From: Lysobacterales bacterium
GTDB taxonomy: Bacteria > Pseudomonadota > Gammaproteobacteria > Xanthomonadales > SZUA-36
DNA: 64,000 nt
NCBI GenBank assembly: GCA_036351575.1
Contig: JAZBPJ010000131.1
Span: forward strand, 10,186-74,185
Direction of reading: 5' to 3'
Shown here: one piece after another, positions 1-9,045 of the stretch
Layout: each line of letters begins with the position of its first letter
Position numbering within the stretch: position 1 is the stretch's first letter
Notes under the pieces: generated by a model
What the model saw: the letters and a program-made list of their open reading frames with translations, nothing else
The model's database searches: none
Told to the model about the DNA's origin: nothing
Program-made: the position numbers and the translations under genes

Positions 1-1482
1 CAGCTGCTGCATGTAGCGGCTGTATTTCGCGTGGAGCACCCGGCCCTTGACCCGGTCACCGACCTCGATACCGTCGGCTTGCATCTCCGGTCGACGCCGC
101 AGCATGTCGCCCGTCACCTCGAACGATTCGTCCATGATCGGTGCGGGTCCTTTCTCCCGCGCCAGCTCCAGTGACTCCTCCCATCCGGCCAGGGCCATTT
201 CCCTGGCCACGCGCTCGGTGAATTCGACCGAATCGGCCTGCCCGTACTTCATGCCGAGCATGGTCAGGGTAGAGCCGAGACCGAGAAAACCCATGCCGTG
301 GCGCCGCTTGCGCTGGATTTCGTCACGCTGCTTTTCAAGCGGCAAGCCATTGATTTCAACTACATTATCCAGCATGCGGGTGAAAATTCGAACGACTTTT
401 TTATACTCTTCCCAGTTGAACTCGGCCTGCTCGCCAAACGGCTGATCGACGAAGCGGGTCAGGTTGACCGAGCCCAGCAGGCAGGCGCCGTAGGGCGGCA
501 GCGGCTGTTCGCCGCAGGGATTGGTTGCGCGAATGTTCTCGCAGAACCAGTTGTTGTTCATCTCGTTGATGCGGTCGACCATGATGAAGCCCGGTTCGGC
601 AAAATCGTAGGTCGAAGACATGATCATGTCCCACATCCGCTTGGCGGGGACGGTCTTGTAAACCCGGCAGGCGACCAGGCCGTCGTCCCGCACGATGTAA
701 CCGTTCGTCTGCGGCCATTCCCGCCACACGACCTGGTCGGGATCCGAGAAGTCCAGGTCGTCCGCCTCATGCTCGGCGATCGGGAACGCCAGCGGCCAGT
801 TCGAATTGCTCTTGACCGCTTCCATGAATTCATCGGTGATCAGCAGGGAACAGTTGAACTGGCGCAGACGGCCGTTCTCGCGCTTGGCGCGGATGAACTC
901 CATGGCGTCGGGATGACCGATATCGAAGGTAGCCATCTGCGCTCCGCGACGACCGCCCGCGGACGAGACGGTGAAGCACATCTTGTCGTAGATGTCCATG
1001 AAGCTCAGCGGGCCGGAAGTGTAAGCGCCCGCACCCGAAACGTAGGCGCCTTTCGGCCGCAGCGTGGAAAACTCGTAACCGATGCCGCAGCCCGCTTTCA
1101 GCGTCAGACCGGCTTCATGGACCTTGTCGAGGATACCGTCCATCGAATCCTTGATCGTGCCCGAAACCGTGCAGTTGATGGTGGACGTTGCGGGCTTGTG
1201 CTCCTGGGCGCCGGCATTCGAGATGATGCGTCCGGCCGGAATCGCGCCGCGGCGCAATGCCCACAGAAATTCCTCGTACCATTTTTCCTGGTTCTTTTTG
1301 CTTTCCTCGACAGAAGCGATGGCGTGCGCGATTCTCTTGTAGGTGTCGTCGAGGGTCTGGTCGATGATTTCACCGTTTTTAGCCTTCAGGCGGTACTTTT
1401 TATCCCAGATATCGTAGGACGCGTCCTGCAGCGTGATCTCTTTTGAATCAGCGTTAATCGTCTCAACCTGAACGTTATTCAT
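1..1482 (-). CDS. nrdJ: Class II (adenosylcobalamin-dependent) ribonucleotide reductase, N-terminal 494 codons; the 3' end runs off the window
   Basis: My own translation of the minus strand from ATG 1482-1480 gives MNNVQVETINADSKEITLQDASYDIWDKKYRL..NCTVSGTIKDSMDGILDKVHEAGLTLKAGCGIGYEFSTLRPKGAYVSGAGAYTSGPLSFMDIYD..ATNPCGEQPLPPYGACLLGSVNL. The frame stays open to position 1. It is missing from the ORF track because it has no stop codon in the window. NrdR boxes lie upstream. Confidence 0.9.
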   Translation of the reverse strand, partial: MNNVQVETINADSKEITLQDASYDIWDKKYRLKAKNGEIIDQTLDDTYKRIAHAIASVEESKKNQEKWYEEFLWALRRGAIPAGRIISNAGAQEHKPATSTINCTVSGTIKDSMDGILDKVHEAGLTLKAGCGIGYEFSTLRPKGAYVSGAGAYTSGPLSFMDIYDKMCFTVSSAGGRRGAQMATFDIGHPDAMEFIRAKRENGRLRQFNCSLLITDEFMEAVKSNSNWPLAFPIAEHEADDLDFSDPDQVVWREWPQTNGYIVRDDGLVACRVYKTVPAKRMWDMIMSSTYDFAEPGFIMVDRINEMNNNWFCENIRATNPCGEQPLPPYGACLLGSVNLTRFVDQPFGEQAEFNWEEYKKVVRIFTRMLDNVVEINGLPLEKQRDEIQRKRRHGMGFLGLGSTLTMLGMKYGQADSVEFTERVAREMALAGWEESLELAREKGPAPIMDESFEVTGDMLRRRPEMQADGIEVGDRVKGRVLHAKYSRYMQQL

Positions 1483-1523
1483 TAATTTTTCCGTGTAATT
1501 CTTTGGTTTTGCTTAAGTAAGCA

Positions 1524-1571
1524 ACACAATCTATTGTGCTTGATTTTTTTTGGGGACACAAGATGTTGTGC
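1524..1571 (-). promoter_or_regulatory. Tandem NrdR operator boxes in the nrdJ leader
   Basis: ACACAATCTATTGTGC (1524-1539) and ACACAAGATGTTGTGC (1556-1571) match the 16-bp palindromic NrdR box consensus acaCwAtATaTwGtgt at about 14/16 and 13/16. The 32-bp spacing between boxes is typical of tandem NrdR boxes. Confidence 0.7.
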
Positions 1572-1583
1572 CGGCAGGGACGA

Positions 1584-1612
1584 ACATTACGCTTCGTTCA
1601 GCGATCTGTCAA
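1584..1612 (-). promoter_or_regulatory. Candidate sigma70 promoter of nrdJ
   Basis: On the minus strand, TTGACA (1612-1607), a 17-nt spacer, then TAATGT (1589-1584). The NrdR boxes lie just downstream. Confidence 0.45.
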
Positions 1613-1676
1613 ATGCAATAAGCAGAGGCATCAATCCGGGCGCGGAGGCCCCTTTTTAACCTGAAAACAATGCCTT

Positions 1677-1712
1677 AAGAAAAGCCGGATCGCCCGGCGG
1701 CTGAGCGCCGGG
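1677..1712 (-). terminator. Possible gpsA terminator hairpin
   Basis: A CCCGGCG/CGCCGGG 7-bp stem (1693-1712) sits 69 nt after the gpsA stop. On the minus strand it is followed by GCGAUCCGGCUUUUCUU. The U-tract is displaced from the stem, so this is weak. Confidence 0.3.
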
Positions 1713-1780
1713 GGCCAAAATCAACGCCTGCAGCAGCATTCGTTTTATCGCATTTCCAGATTCCGGCCGGAATATTGCGG

Positions 1781-2818
1781 CTAGAGCGCTTCGTGTTTCT
1801 GCTCCCGGTCCAGCAGCCTGCGCAGTGCAAGCCGAGGGTCGGCGCCTTCGTGAATGATGCTGTAGATCTGTTCAGAGATCGGCATGTCGACACCCAGGCG
1901 GCCGGCAAGGCGCCAGATCTCCAGGGAAGTCTTGATACCCTCGACGACCTGGCCGATCTCCTCGACCGCCGTGTCGACACTTTTACCCTGCCCCAGCGCG
2001 ATACCAAGCCGGCGGTTGCGCGACAGGTCGCCCGTGGCGGTCAGCACCAGGTCACCCAGCCCCGCCAGGCCGATCAGCGTTCGTTCCTGCGCGCCCATGG
2101 CGCGGCCCAGGCGCATCATTTCCGCCAGTCCGCGAGTGATCAGCGCGGCTCGTGCGTTGTGGCCGAGGTGCATGCCGTCAGCCATTCCGGTAGCGATCGC
2201 GAGCACGTTCTTGACGGAGCCGCCAAGCTCCGCGCCCACGATGTCATCGCTGGTATAAGCCCGGAAATTGGCGCCGTGCAGCGCCCGGGCGATACGCTCG
2301 GAATAAGCCGGGTCGGAGCCGGCCACGGTGACCGCGGTCGGCAGGTTGGCGGCAACTTCCTTGGCAAACGAAGGGCCGGTAACCAGGGCCAGCGGGCGCT
2401 CGTTTCCGAACACTTTCTTGGCGGGCTCATGCAGGAACCGCCCGGTTCCGGGCTCGAGGCCCTTGCAGGCCCAGGCAATGCCCTGGCCGTCCTTCAGCCA
2501 GGGCTTGATCTGTTCGATGAGGCCGGCGAAGGCATGCGACGGCACCACGATCAGGATCTCGTCGGCCATGCGCACGGCCGCCTCGAGGTCCGGCTGAACC
2601 AGCATATCGTCGGGCAGCGGATAATCCGGCAGGTGCTGCCGGTTGCAGCGCGCCTCGGCGATGGACTCGATATGCTTCCTGTCCCAGTCCCACAAGACAA
2701 CAGCGGAACCCGCGCGCATCAACTGCATCGCGAGCGCCGTTCCCCATGAACCGGCGCCCAGGACGGCGAACAGGGGTCCGCCGCCGGGAGTTTGCGCCTG
2801 TTGAGGGGCTTCGGTCAT
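1781..2818 (-). CDS. gpsA: NAD(P)H-dependent glycerol-3-phosphate dehydrogenase
   Basis: 345-aa ORF with the N-terminal VLGAGSWGTALA Rossmann motif. It lies directly downstream of secB, which is conserved synteny. Confidence 0.95.
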   Translation of the reverse strand: MTEAPQQAQTPGGGPLFAVLGAGSWGTALAMQLMRAGSAVVLWDWDRKHIESIAEARCNRQHLPDYPLPDDMLVQPDLEAAVRMADEILIVVPSHAFAGLIEQIKPWLKDGQGIAWACKGLEPGTGRFLHEPAKKVFGNERPLALVTGPSFAKEVAANLPTAVTVAGSDPAYSERIARALHGANFRAYTSDDIVGAELGGSVKNVLAIATGMADGMHLGHNARAALITRGLAEMMRLGRAMGAQERTLIGLAGLGDLVLTATGDLSRNRRLGIALGQGKSVDTAVEEIGQVVEGIKTSLEIWRLAGRLGVDMPISEQIYSIIHEGADPRLALRRLLDREQKHEAL

Positions 2819-2821
2819 GAA

Positions 2822-3358
2822 TCAGTTTTTGTCGGAGAACTCCGCCGAAACGGTTTCTTCCGGCACCGCCTCGCCCCGGGCCTGCTGTTCCGCCGCCATC
2901 TGCTGCATGCGCTGGGCGTAAATCTGATCGAAGCTCACGGGCTGCAGGCTCAGCGGCGGGAACCCGCCGTCGGCCACGAGACCGGTGATCGCCGTGCGGG
3001 CGTAAGGAAACAGCGTGTTCGGGCAGAAGGTATTGAGAATCGCGTGTTTCTGCTGGTCGTTGAAGCCGGCGATGGTGAAAATGCCGGCCTGGGCGATTTC
3101 CGCCAGGTAAGCGGTCTTTTCGCCGATGGTGGCCGTGACCGTCACGGTCAGCACGACTTCCTGGACATTTTCTTCCAGGTCGTCGACGCGCTGCGCAAGG
3201 TTCAGCTTGACCTCGGCCTGTCCCTGCTCCTTGAAGACGTCGGGTGCGTTGGGCGTTTCAAAGGAAACGTCCTTGGTGTAGATCTTCTGCAACTGGATCT
3301 GGCCGGCGGGAGCGCCGTCCTGAGCGGCCGCCTGGCCCTGGTTGTTTTCTTCCGTCAT
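2822..3358 (-). CDS. secB: Protein-export chaperone SecB
   Basis: MTEENNQG..IQLQKIYTKDVSFETPNAPDVF parallels E. coli SecB (MSEQNN..QRIYTKDISFEAPNAP). I chose ATG 3358 because AAGAG lies 8 nt upstream. The track ORF extends to 3400. Confidence 0.92.
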   Translation of the reverse strand: MTEENNQGQAAAQDGAPAGQIQLQKIYTKDVSFETPNAPDVFKEQGQAEVKLNLAQRVDDLEENVQEVVLTVTVTATIGEKTAYLAEIAQAGIFTIAGFNDQQKHAILNTFCPNTLFPYARTAITGLVADGGFPPLSLQPVSFDQIYAQRMQQMAAEQQARGEAVPEETVSAEFSDKN

Positions 3359-3415
3359 GTTCATCACTCTTGAGGTATTGGCCCTCAGCGTCGAGGGCAT
3401 AAAAGATTAATTATC

Positions 3416-3844
3416 TCATTTTTTACGTGTTACCGGGAACTGGTCGTTGCGCCAGGCCGTCATTCCACCCTTGAGAATCGCGACCTGTTCGGCGCCCATC
3501 TTTTTCAGGTTCGCCGCGGCGCCGACGGCCGTCACGCCGTTGGGACAGACGACCAGCAGCTTCTTGTCCTTGAGTTTCTCGATTTCCGCATCCGGCTGGG
3601 CAAGGCGCGACGCCGGCAGGTTGCGGGCATTGACGATATGACCCTTGTTGAAGTCCGCGACCGAGGAAATATCGACCACCACGGCTTCCGGGTCGTTGAT
3701 CCATGGAATGGCCTGGGCCGGGGGCAACTCGTTGACACCGCCCAGGCGCCGACGCACCTCGGTCCATACCAGGAACAGCAAAACGGCGACGAAACCACCG
3801 ACCAGGAGGAGGTGGTTTGTCGCGAACTCGATCAAGCGCTCCAT
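3416..3844 (-). CDS. Membrane-anchored single-domain rhodanese-like protein
   Basis: MERLIEFATNHLLLVGGFVAVLLFLVW is the predicted TM segment, followed by a rhodanese fold (VVDISSVADFNKGHIVNARNLP..LLVVCPNGVTA..GGMTAWR). This is the usual neighbour of secB and gpmI in gammaproteobacteria. The internal ATG 3844 is used as the start. Confidence 0.8.
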   Translation of the reverse strand: MERLIEFATNHLLLVGGFVAVLLFLVWTEVRRRLGGVNELPPAQAIPWINDPEAVVVDISSVADFNKGHIVNARNLPASRLAQPDAEIEKLKDKKLLVVCPNGVTAVGAAANLKKMGAEQVAILKGGMTAWRNDQFPVTRKK

Positions 3845-3989
3845 TTTTTGCTCTCTTGTTGTGGAATAATACCGCTTTCCCGCACTCGGCTGGAGGCGAC
3901 GGCAAAACGGCCGGGTTAGACACATTTGGTGTCGGCTGCAATGATTTGCAAGTCGCAGAAACCAATATCACAGGAATGCAGAAGAGACC

Positions 3990-5537
3990 ATGAATACCGA
4001 GAGCAGGCGCGGCCCCCTGATGCTGATGATTCTCGACGGCTGGGGTTACCGGGAAGAGAGTGAAAACAACGCGATCCGGCTGGGTGACACGCCCTGCTGG
4101 GACGAAATGCTCGAACGGGACCCCTATATCCTGATCGAAACCTCCGGCGAGGCGGTCGGGCTGCCGGCCGGACAGATGGGCAACTCCGAGGTCGGTCACA
4201 TGAACATCGGCGCGGGGCGTATCGTTTACCAGGATTTCACGCGGATCGCGCAGTCCATACGCGACCGCAGCTTCCATGAAAACGATGCGCTCTGCCGCGC
4301 CGTCGATTCGGCCCGCGAATCGGGCGCCACCGTGCACCTGATGGGCCTGCTTTCGCCGGGCGGCGTGCACAGCCACGAAGACCAGTTCATGGAGACCCTT
4401 GAGCTCGCGGCCGAACGCGGGGCGCGGTCGATCGCCGTGCACGGTTTCCTGGACGGCCGCGATACGCCGCCGCGCAGCGCCGAAGCGTCGATCCGGCGGA
4501 TGCAGAACCTCATCGACGGAATCCCCGCCGCACGTTTTTGCACGCTTTCCGGGCGCTACTACGCGATGGACCGCGACAACCGCTGGGACCGGGTCGAGAC
4601 CGCTTACCGGGCCATCACGCAGGCCGAGGCGGAGCATCGTTCCGGCAGTGCGCTCGACGGTCTTCACGAGGCCTACGAGCGGGGCGAGAACGACGAGTTC
4701 GTCAAGCCGACCGTGATCGCCGAGGCCGGCGGCGTGCAGCCCGGCGACGTGGTGATTTTCATCAACTTCCGCGCCGACCGGGCGCGGGAACTGACGATGG
4801 CCTTCGTGAACGAACCGTTCGACGGCTTTGAACGGCAGAAAATCCCGCTGGCCGATTTCGTGACCATGACCGAGTACATGGCCGGCCTGCCGGTCTCGGT
4901 CGCTTTTCCGCCGGAATCCCTCGACCGCATCCTGGCGCAGGAACTGGCCGACAACGGGCTGCGCCAGCTGCGCATCGCGGAAACGGAAAAATACGCTCAC
5001 GTGACCTTCTTTTTCAACGGCGGCGTGGAAGCACCCTTCGCCAACGAAGAACGCATACTGGTGCCCTCCCCCAGGGTGGCCACTTATGACCTGCAGCCCG
5101 AGATGAGCGCGCCAGAAGTGGCGGACAAGCTCGTCGAGGCCATTCATTCCGGGCGTTTCGACGTCATCATCTGCAACATCGCAAACGGCGACATGGTCGG
5201 CCATACCGGCGTCATGGAAGCCGCGCTGCAGGCTGTCAAGGCGGTCGACGACTGCCTGTGCCGCGTGCGTGCCGCGGTCGACGAAACGGGCGGCGAACTG
5301 CTGGTCACGGCGGACCACGGCAACATCGAAATGATGAAAGACCCGGAAACGGGGCAGAACCACACCGCGCACACGACGTTCCGCGTGCCGCTTGTTTTTC
5401 ATGGCCGTCCCGGCCGCTTCAACGGCGACGGCTCGCTGCGGGACATCGCCCCCACGATGCTGGCGCTGCTGGGGCTGGAACAGCCGCCGCAGATGACCGG
5501 CCGGCCATTGCTGGACCTGGATGGTGATACGCAATAA
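3990..5537 (+). CDS. gpmI: 2,3-bisphosphoglycerate-independent phosphoglycerate mutase
   Basis: 515 aa, with MLMILDGWG..NSEVGHMNIGAGR..ADHGN motifs of the iPGM family. Confidence 0.95.
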   Translation: MNTESRRGPLMLMILDGWGYREESENNAIRLGDTPCWDEMLERDPYILIETSGEAVGLPAGQMGNSEVGHMNIGAGRIVYQDFTRIAQSIRDRSFHENDALCRAVDSARESGATVHLMGLLSPGGVHSHEDQFMETLELAAERGARSIAVHGFLDGRDTPPRSAEASIRRMQNLIDGIPAARFCTLSGRYYAMDRDNRWDRVETAYRAITQAEAEHRSGSALDGLHEAYERGENDEFVKPTVIAEAGGVQPGDVVIFINFRADRARELTMAFVNEPFDGFERQKIPLADFVTMTEYMAGLPVSVAFPPESLDRILAQELADNGLRQLRIAETEKYAHVTFFFNGGVEAPFANEERILVPSPRVATYDLQPEMSAPEVADKLVEAIHSGRFDVIICNIANGDMVGHTGVMEAALQAVKAVDDCLCRVRAAVDETGGELLVTADHGNIEMMKDPETGQNHTAHTTFRVPLVFHGRPGRFNGDGSLRDIAPTMLALLGLEQPPQMTGRPLLDLDGDTQ

Positions 5538-6672
5538 AACGACCCTCCTCGTCACGCTGATGTTTGCCTGCGTCGCCATCGCGCAGGATAGCGGCGACAC
5601 CCGCCGTGAGCGCGCCGAGAAGGAACTCCGGCAGCTGCTGGGGGAAATCGCGGCAGTCCAGGACGAAATAAGCCGGTCACGCCAGCAGCACCGGCGAGAA
5701 CAGGACCAGCTGCGCCGGATCGACCTGTCTATCCAGGACGCCAACCTGGAAATCCGGGCGCTGGACCGGGAACGGGGCGTGCACGAAAACCGCCTGGCCG
5801 AACTCGAGGAACAACGGCGAGCCTACCTGGACAGCCTGGACCAACGCCTTGCACAGCTGGCTGAACAGGTCCGCTCCCTGTATCGCGCGGGGCGCCAGTC
5901 GCGCACGCGCCTGGTTCTCAACCAGGACGAACCGTCACGCATCAGCCGCATGCTGGCTTACTACGAATACGTCAACCGGGCGCAGGTCAGGGACATCAGC
6001 GGGCTGCGCGAGGCTCTGACCCGGCTCGACGTCATGCAGGCGTCGATCGACGAGGAACTCGAGCGCCTGCGCAAATTGAAGCAGGCGCAGCAGGAGATCC
6101 TCGCGCAGCTGCAGCAACAGCGCGCCGAGCGTGACCAGCTCCTCACCCGCATCGCGGCACTGATCGCGGACGGTGAATCCGAGCTGGCGGAGATGGAGGG
6201 CAACCGCCGCGACCTCGAAACCCTGCTGGAACGCCTGTCGGACGTGCTCGCCGACATACCCGAAGAACTGGACGGCCAAACCCCCCTGGCCCAGCTGAAA
6301 GGCCGTCTGCCGATGCCCATCCTCGGCCCCGTGCGGCACGCCTTCGGCCAGGGCCGCGGCGCCGGGCTGGACTGGCAGGGCTGGCTGATCGCCGCCGATG
6401 CGGGCGCCGAAGTGCGCGCGGTCGCCTACGGCCGCGTCGCGTTCGCCGACTGGCTGCGCGGCTATGGCCTGCTGCTGATCATCGATCACGGCGACGGCTA
6501 CATGACGCTCTACGGGCACAACCAGAGCCTGCTGCGCGATGCGGGCGAATGGGTCGATGCCGAAGAAACGATCAGCGTCGTCGGCGACGGCATGGGTGAC
6601 AGCCAGGGCGTCTATTTCGAGATACGCCGGAACGGTAAGGCACTCGACCCGGCAGCCTGGCTTGCAAGATAG
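5521..6672 (+). CDS. envC: Murein hydrolase activator EnvC-like protein (coiled coil plus degenerate LytM/M23 domain)
   Basis: Signal peptide, a long Q/E/R/L-rich coiled coil and a C-terminal M23-like domain lacking the HxxxD and HxH metal ligands (GVYFEIRRNG). Position between gpmI and ctpA. Overlaps the gpmI end by 17 nt. Confidence 0.85.
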   Translation: MVIRNKTTLLVTLMFACVAIAQDSGDTRRERAEKELRQLLGEIAAVQDEISRSRQQHRREQDQLRRIDLSIQDANLEIRALDRERGVHENRLAELEEQRRAYLDSLDQRLAQLAEQVRSLYRAGRQSRTRLVLNQDEPSRISRMLAYYEYVNRAQVRDISGLREALTRLDVMQASIDEELERLRKLKQAQQEILAQLQQQRAERDQLLTRIAALIADGESELAEMEGNRRDLETLLERLSDVLADIPEELDGQTPLAQLKGRLPMPILGPVRHAFGQGRGAGLDWQGWLIAADAGAEVRAVAYGRVAFADWLRGYGLLLIIDHGDGYMTLYGHNQSLLRDAGEWVDAEETISVVGDGMGDSQGVYFEIRRNGKALDPAAWLAR

Positions 6673-6698
6673 CGCGTGAAGCGGAAGAATCCCCAACC

Positions 6699-7985
6699 AT
6701 GAACCGAATCCATATCGCGATACCGATCACCCTGGGCCTGGTGTTCTCGATGCAGGCGCTCGCCCAGGACTCCGCCGAGGTCACCGCGGCGGCCGAGCAG
6801 GACCAGGTGCAGCTGACGCTGGACGATCTGCGCACCTTCAGTGACGTTTTCAATCAACTGCGCCGCAACTTTGTCGAGCCGGTGGACGACCATACGCTGC
6901 TGGATGCGGCAATCCGCGGAATGCTCGCCACCCTCGACCCCCATTCGGCCTACCTTTCGCCGCAGGAATACCAGGCCCTGAACGATTCCTCGCACGGTCG
7001 CTACATCGGTATCGGCGTGCGCCTGATGACGGACGAGCGCAGCATCGTGATCGAAGACGTGTTTCCCGGCAGCCCGGCGGAACAGGCCGGACTGGTCCCG
7101 GGCGACGCCATCATCGCGGTGGACGAAAACCCGGTCAGCGACGGGCCGGCGCAGGAATCCATCGAACGTCTCGGCGGAGAGCCCGGAACCGAATTCGAAC
7201 TCACCGTGCGCGGCGCCGACGGCAAGGAACGCCGGCACCGTTTGAGCCGGGAATACGTGATGACGTCGACCCACGAGTTCCGCTGGCTGGAAAATGACTG
7301 GGGCTATTTTCGAATGACCCAGTTTTACAGCGAAAGCGCGATCCAGCTGCACGAAGCCATCGACTCGATTCTCGCCGAAGGCGGCGAATTCCGGGGTGTC
7401 GTCATCGACCTCAGAAACAATCCGGGAGGCATTCTGCAGCCCGCGGTGGATCTCGCTGACGGCTTCCTCGACGGCGGCCTTATCGTCACCACCAGCGGCC
7501 GCGCCGGCGTCATGGAAATGTCTTTCGCAGCGAGCGAAGGTCAATGGCTTCCGGGCGTTCCGCTGGTGCTGCTGGTGGACCGGGGGTCCGCGTCCGCCTC
7601 GGAGGTGCTGGCCGGTGCGCTGCAGGAGCACGGCCGGGCGCTGGTGGTGGGCGAACGCACTTTCGGCAAGGGATCGGTGCAGTCGGTGCTGCCGCTGCGC
7701 AACGGCGGCGGCATCAAGCTGACCACCGCCATGTATTTCACGCCGTCGGGCCGGTCGATCCAGGCGCGCGGCATCGTGCCGGACGTGGAAACGAGTGGAG
7801 TACATGCAGGCGGCGAAGCGGACGAACGGATCCGCGAATCGGACCTGGACCGGCACCTGGACGAGATGGGCCCTGCCCTCACCGAAGACGGGCTGCCGCG
7901 GAAATTACAAGTGGAATTTGACCTGGATGAAATCCTGGCCGTGCTCGAAAATGCCGGGCTGATTGCGGGTCCCGGCGAAGACTAG
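6699..7985 (+). CDS. ctpA: Carboxy-terminal processing protease (S41 family)
   Basis: 428 aa with a signal peptide, a PDZ region (GIGV..VIEDVFPGSPAEQAGL.PGD.I) and the S41 core (DLRNNPGG..VLVDRGSASASEVLAGALQ). Confidence 0.9.
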   Translation: MNRIHIAIPITLGLVFSMQALAQDSAEVTAAAEQDQVQLTLDDLRTFSDVFNQLRRNFVEPVDDHTLLDAAIRGMLATLDPHSAYLSPQEYQALNDSSHGRYIGIGVRLMTDERSIVIEDVFPGSPAEQAGLVPGDAIIAVDENPVSDGPAQESIERLGGEPGTEFELTVRGADGKERRHRLSREYVMTSTHEFRWLENDWGYFRMTQFYSESAIQLHEAIDSILAEGGEFRGVVIDLRNNPGGILQPAVDLADGFLDGGLIVTTSGRAGVMEMSFAASEGQWLPGVPLVLLVDRGSASASEVLAGALQEHGRALVVGERTFGKGSVQSVLPLRNGGGIKLTTAMYFTPSGRSIQARGIVPDVETSGVHAGGEADERIRESDLDRHLDEMGPALTEDGLPRKLQVEFDLDEILAVLENAGLIAGPGED

Positions 7986-7994
7986 GATCGCGCT

Positions 7995-8324
7995 TCAGCC
8001 GGAACCGCGGCCCGGCGGCGATACCGGAAACGGCGTGACTTTCTCCCCGCTCTCGCGGTCACGAATCAGGCACTGGCCGCGTTTTTCCACTTCCTCGACA
8101 CGAAGCACGCTCTGGATGGGCAGGTGCAGCACGCTCGCGTGCTCGAACTCCCGGCGCATTTTCTCCTCGGTCGGGTCGACCACCACGCCGTCGCTGGTGT
8201 CAAAGACCAGTCCCGAGACTTCCAGGAAGCCCCACAAGCCGCTGCTCGCCACTTCTTTGCTGAACAGCTCGTAAACCTTGCCGCCATTCAGGAAAACCAC
8301 TTTGTAGAGTTTCTTGTCCGCCAT
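7995..8324 (-). CDS. Small conserved hypothetical protein (DUF1820-like, from recollection of the family)
   Basis: 109 aa. LYKVVFLNGGKVYELFSKEV..GLWGFLEVSGLVF..VVDPTEEKMRREF..VEEVEK resembles the DUF1820 proteins of Pseudomonas. Confidence 0.6.
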   Translation of the reverse strand: MADKKLYKVVFLNGGKVYELFSKEVASSGLWGFLEVSGLVFDTSDGVVVDPTEEKMRREFEHASVLHLPIQSVLRVEEVEKRGQCLIRDRESGEKVTPFPVSPPGRGSG

Positions 8325-8355
8325 GTCGTATCAATTATACCGGTTCAAGGTGTCG

Positions 8356-9039
8356 TCACTTCAGAAGTGACAGCGCCCGGGCAGTCAGTATGAACCCGAT
8401 GCCGAAGCCGAATCCGGCCAGGTGGGTCCACCAGGCCACTGCTGCATTAGTGGGGTCAAATATCGTGTAAAGCAACTGCAGCGCAAACCAGGACCCGATC
8501 ACGATCAAGGCCGGGACCCGCGCGAACTGCAGGTACAGGCCCAGCGGCAGGTAGAGCCCGATCCGGCGTGACGGAAACAGCGCCAGGTAAGCACCGACAA
8601 CAGCGGATACGGCCCCGCTGGCGCCGATGATCGGGGTGGCAAGTTCAAAAAGCTTCAGCGCGACGAATACGTTGGCCAGCGCGCCGCCGAGAAGAAACAC
8701 CAGCGCGGCGGCGAAATGCCCCAGCCGCTGCTCGATCTTGACCCCGAAGACCCAGAAGTACACCAGGTTTCCCGCCAGGTGAAGCCAGCTGTCGTGCAGG
8801 AACAGCGCGGTGAAAACACTCAGCAGGGGCAGGCTCCACCACGCGGACAGCGGCTGGTGAAGCAGGCGGGAAACTTCGACCGCCTGCATGCCGCCAAGGT
8901 CGATCAGGGCCTGGTGCAGGATGGGTGAAACACTGGCGCAGGCGAGAAAAACAAAGATGCAGGCCAGCGCGAGCCCGACCGTGACGAACGGCGCGAATTT
9001 CTGCCGGCTGGGCCACTGCGTGACGATCCCGCTTTTCAC
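8356..9039 (-). CDS. Rhomboid-family intramembrane serine protease
   Basis: 227 aa and polytopic. Rhomboid signatures are present: WLHLAGNLVYFWVFG (H..N), IGASGAVSAVVGAY (GxSG catalytic Ser) and WWTHLAGFGFG (catalytic His). GTG start. Confidence 0.85.
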   Translation of the reverse strand: MKSGIVTQWPSRQKFAPFVTVGLALACIFVFLACASVSPILHQALIDLGGMQAVEVSRLLHQPLSAWWSLPLLSVFTALFLHDSWLHLAGNLVYFWVFGVKIEQRLGHFAAALVFLLGGALANVFVALKLFELATPIIGASGAVSAVVGAYLALFPSRRIGLYLPLGLYLQFARVPALIVIGSWFALQLLYTIFDPTNAAVAWWTHLAGFGFGIGFILTARALSLLK

Positions 9040-9045
9040 GGCGAA

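Noticed and set aside
298-1446. 382-aa plus-strand ORF at the left edge.
   Set aside because: Antisense shadow of the nrdJ coding frame, which is not listed in the track because it lacks a stop codon in the window.
1483-1680. Cobalamin riboswitch in the nrdJ leader (also considered upstream of mcm at 33686-33874).
   Set aside because: No B12-box-like element or multi-stem architecture was seen. The leader is explained by the promoter plus NrdR boxes, and B12-dependent enzymes are not the usual targets of B12 riboswitches.
3423-5744. 773-aa minus-strand ORF.
   Set aside because: Antisense to gpmI and overlapping the rhodanese gene in another frame. It is a shadow frame.
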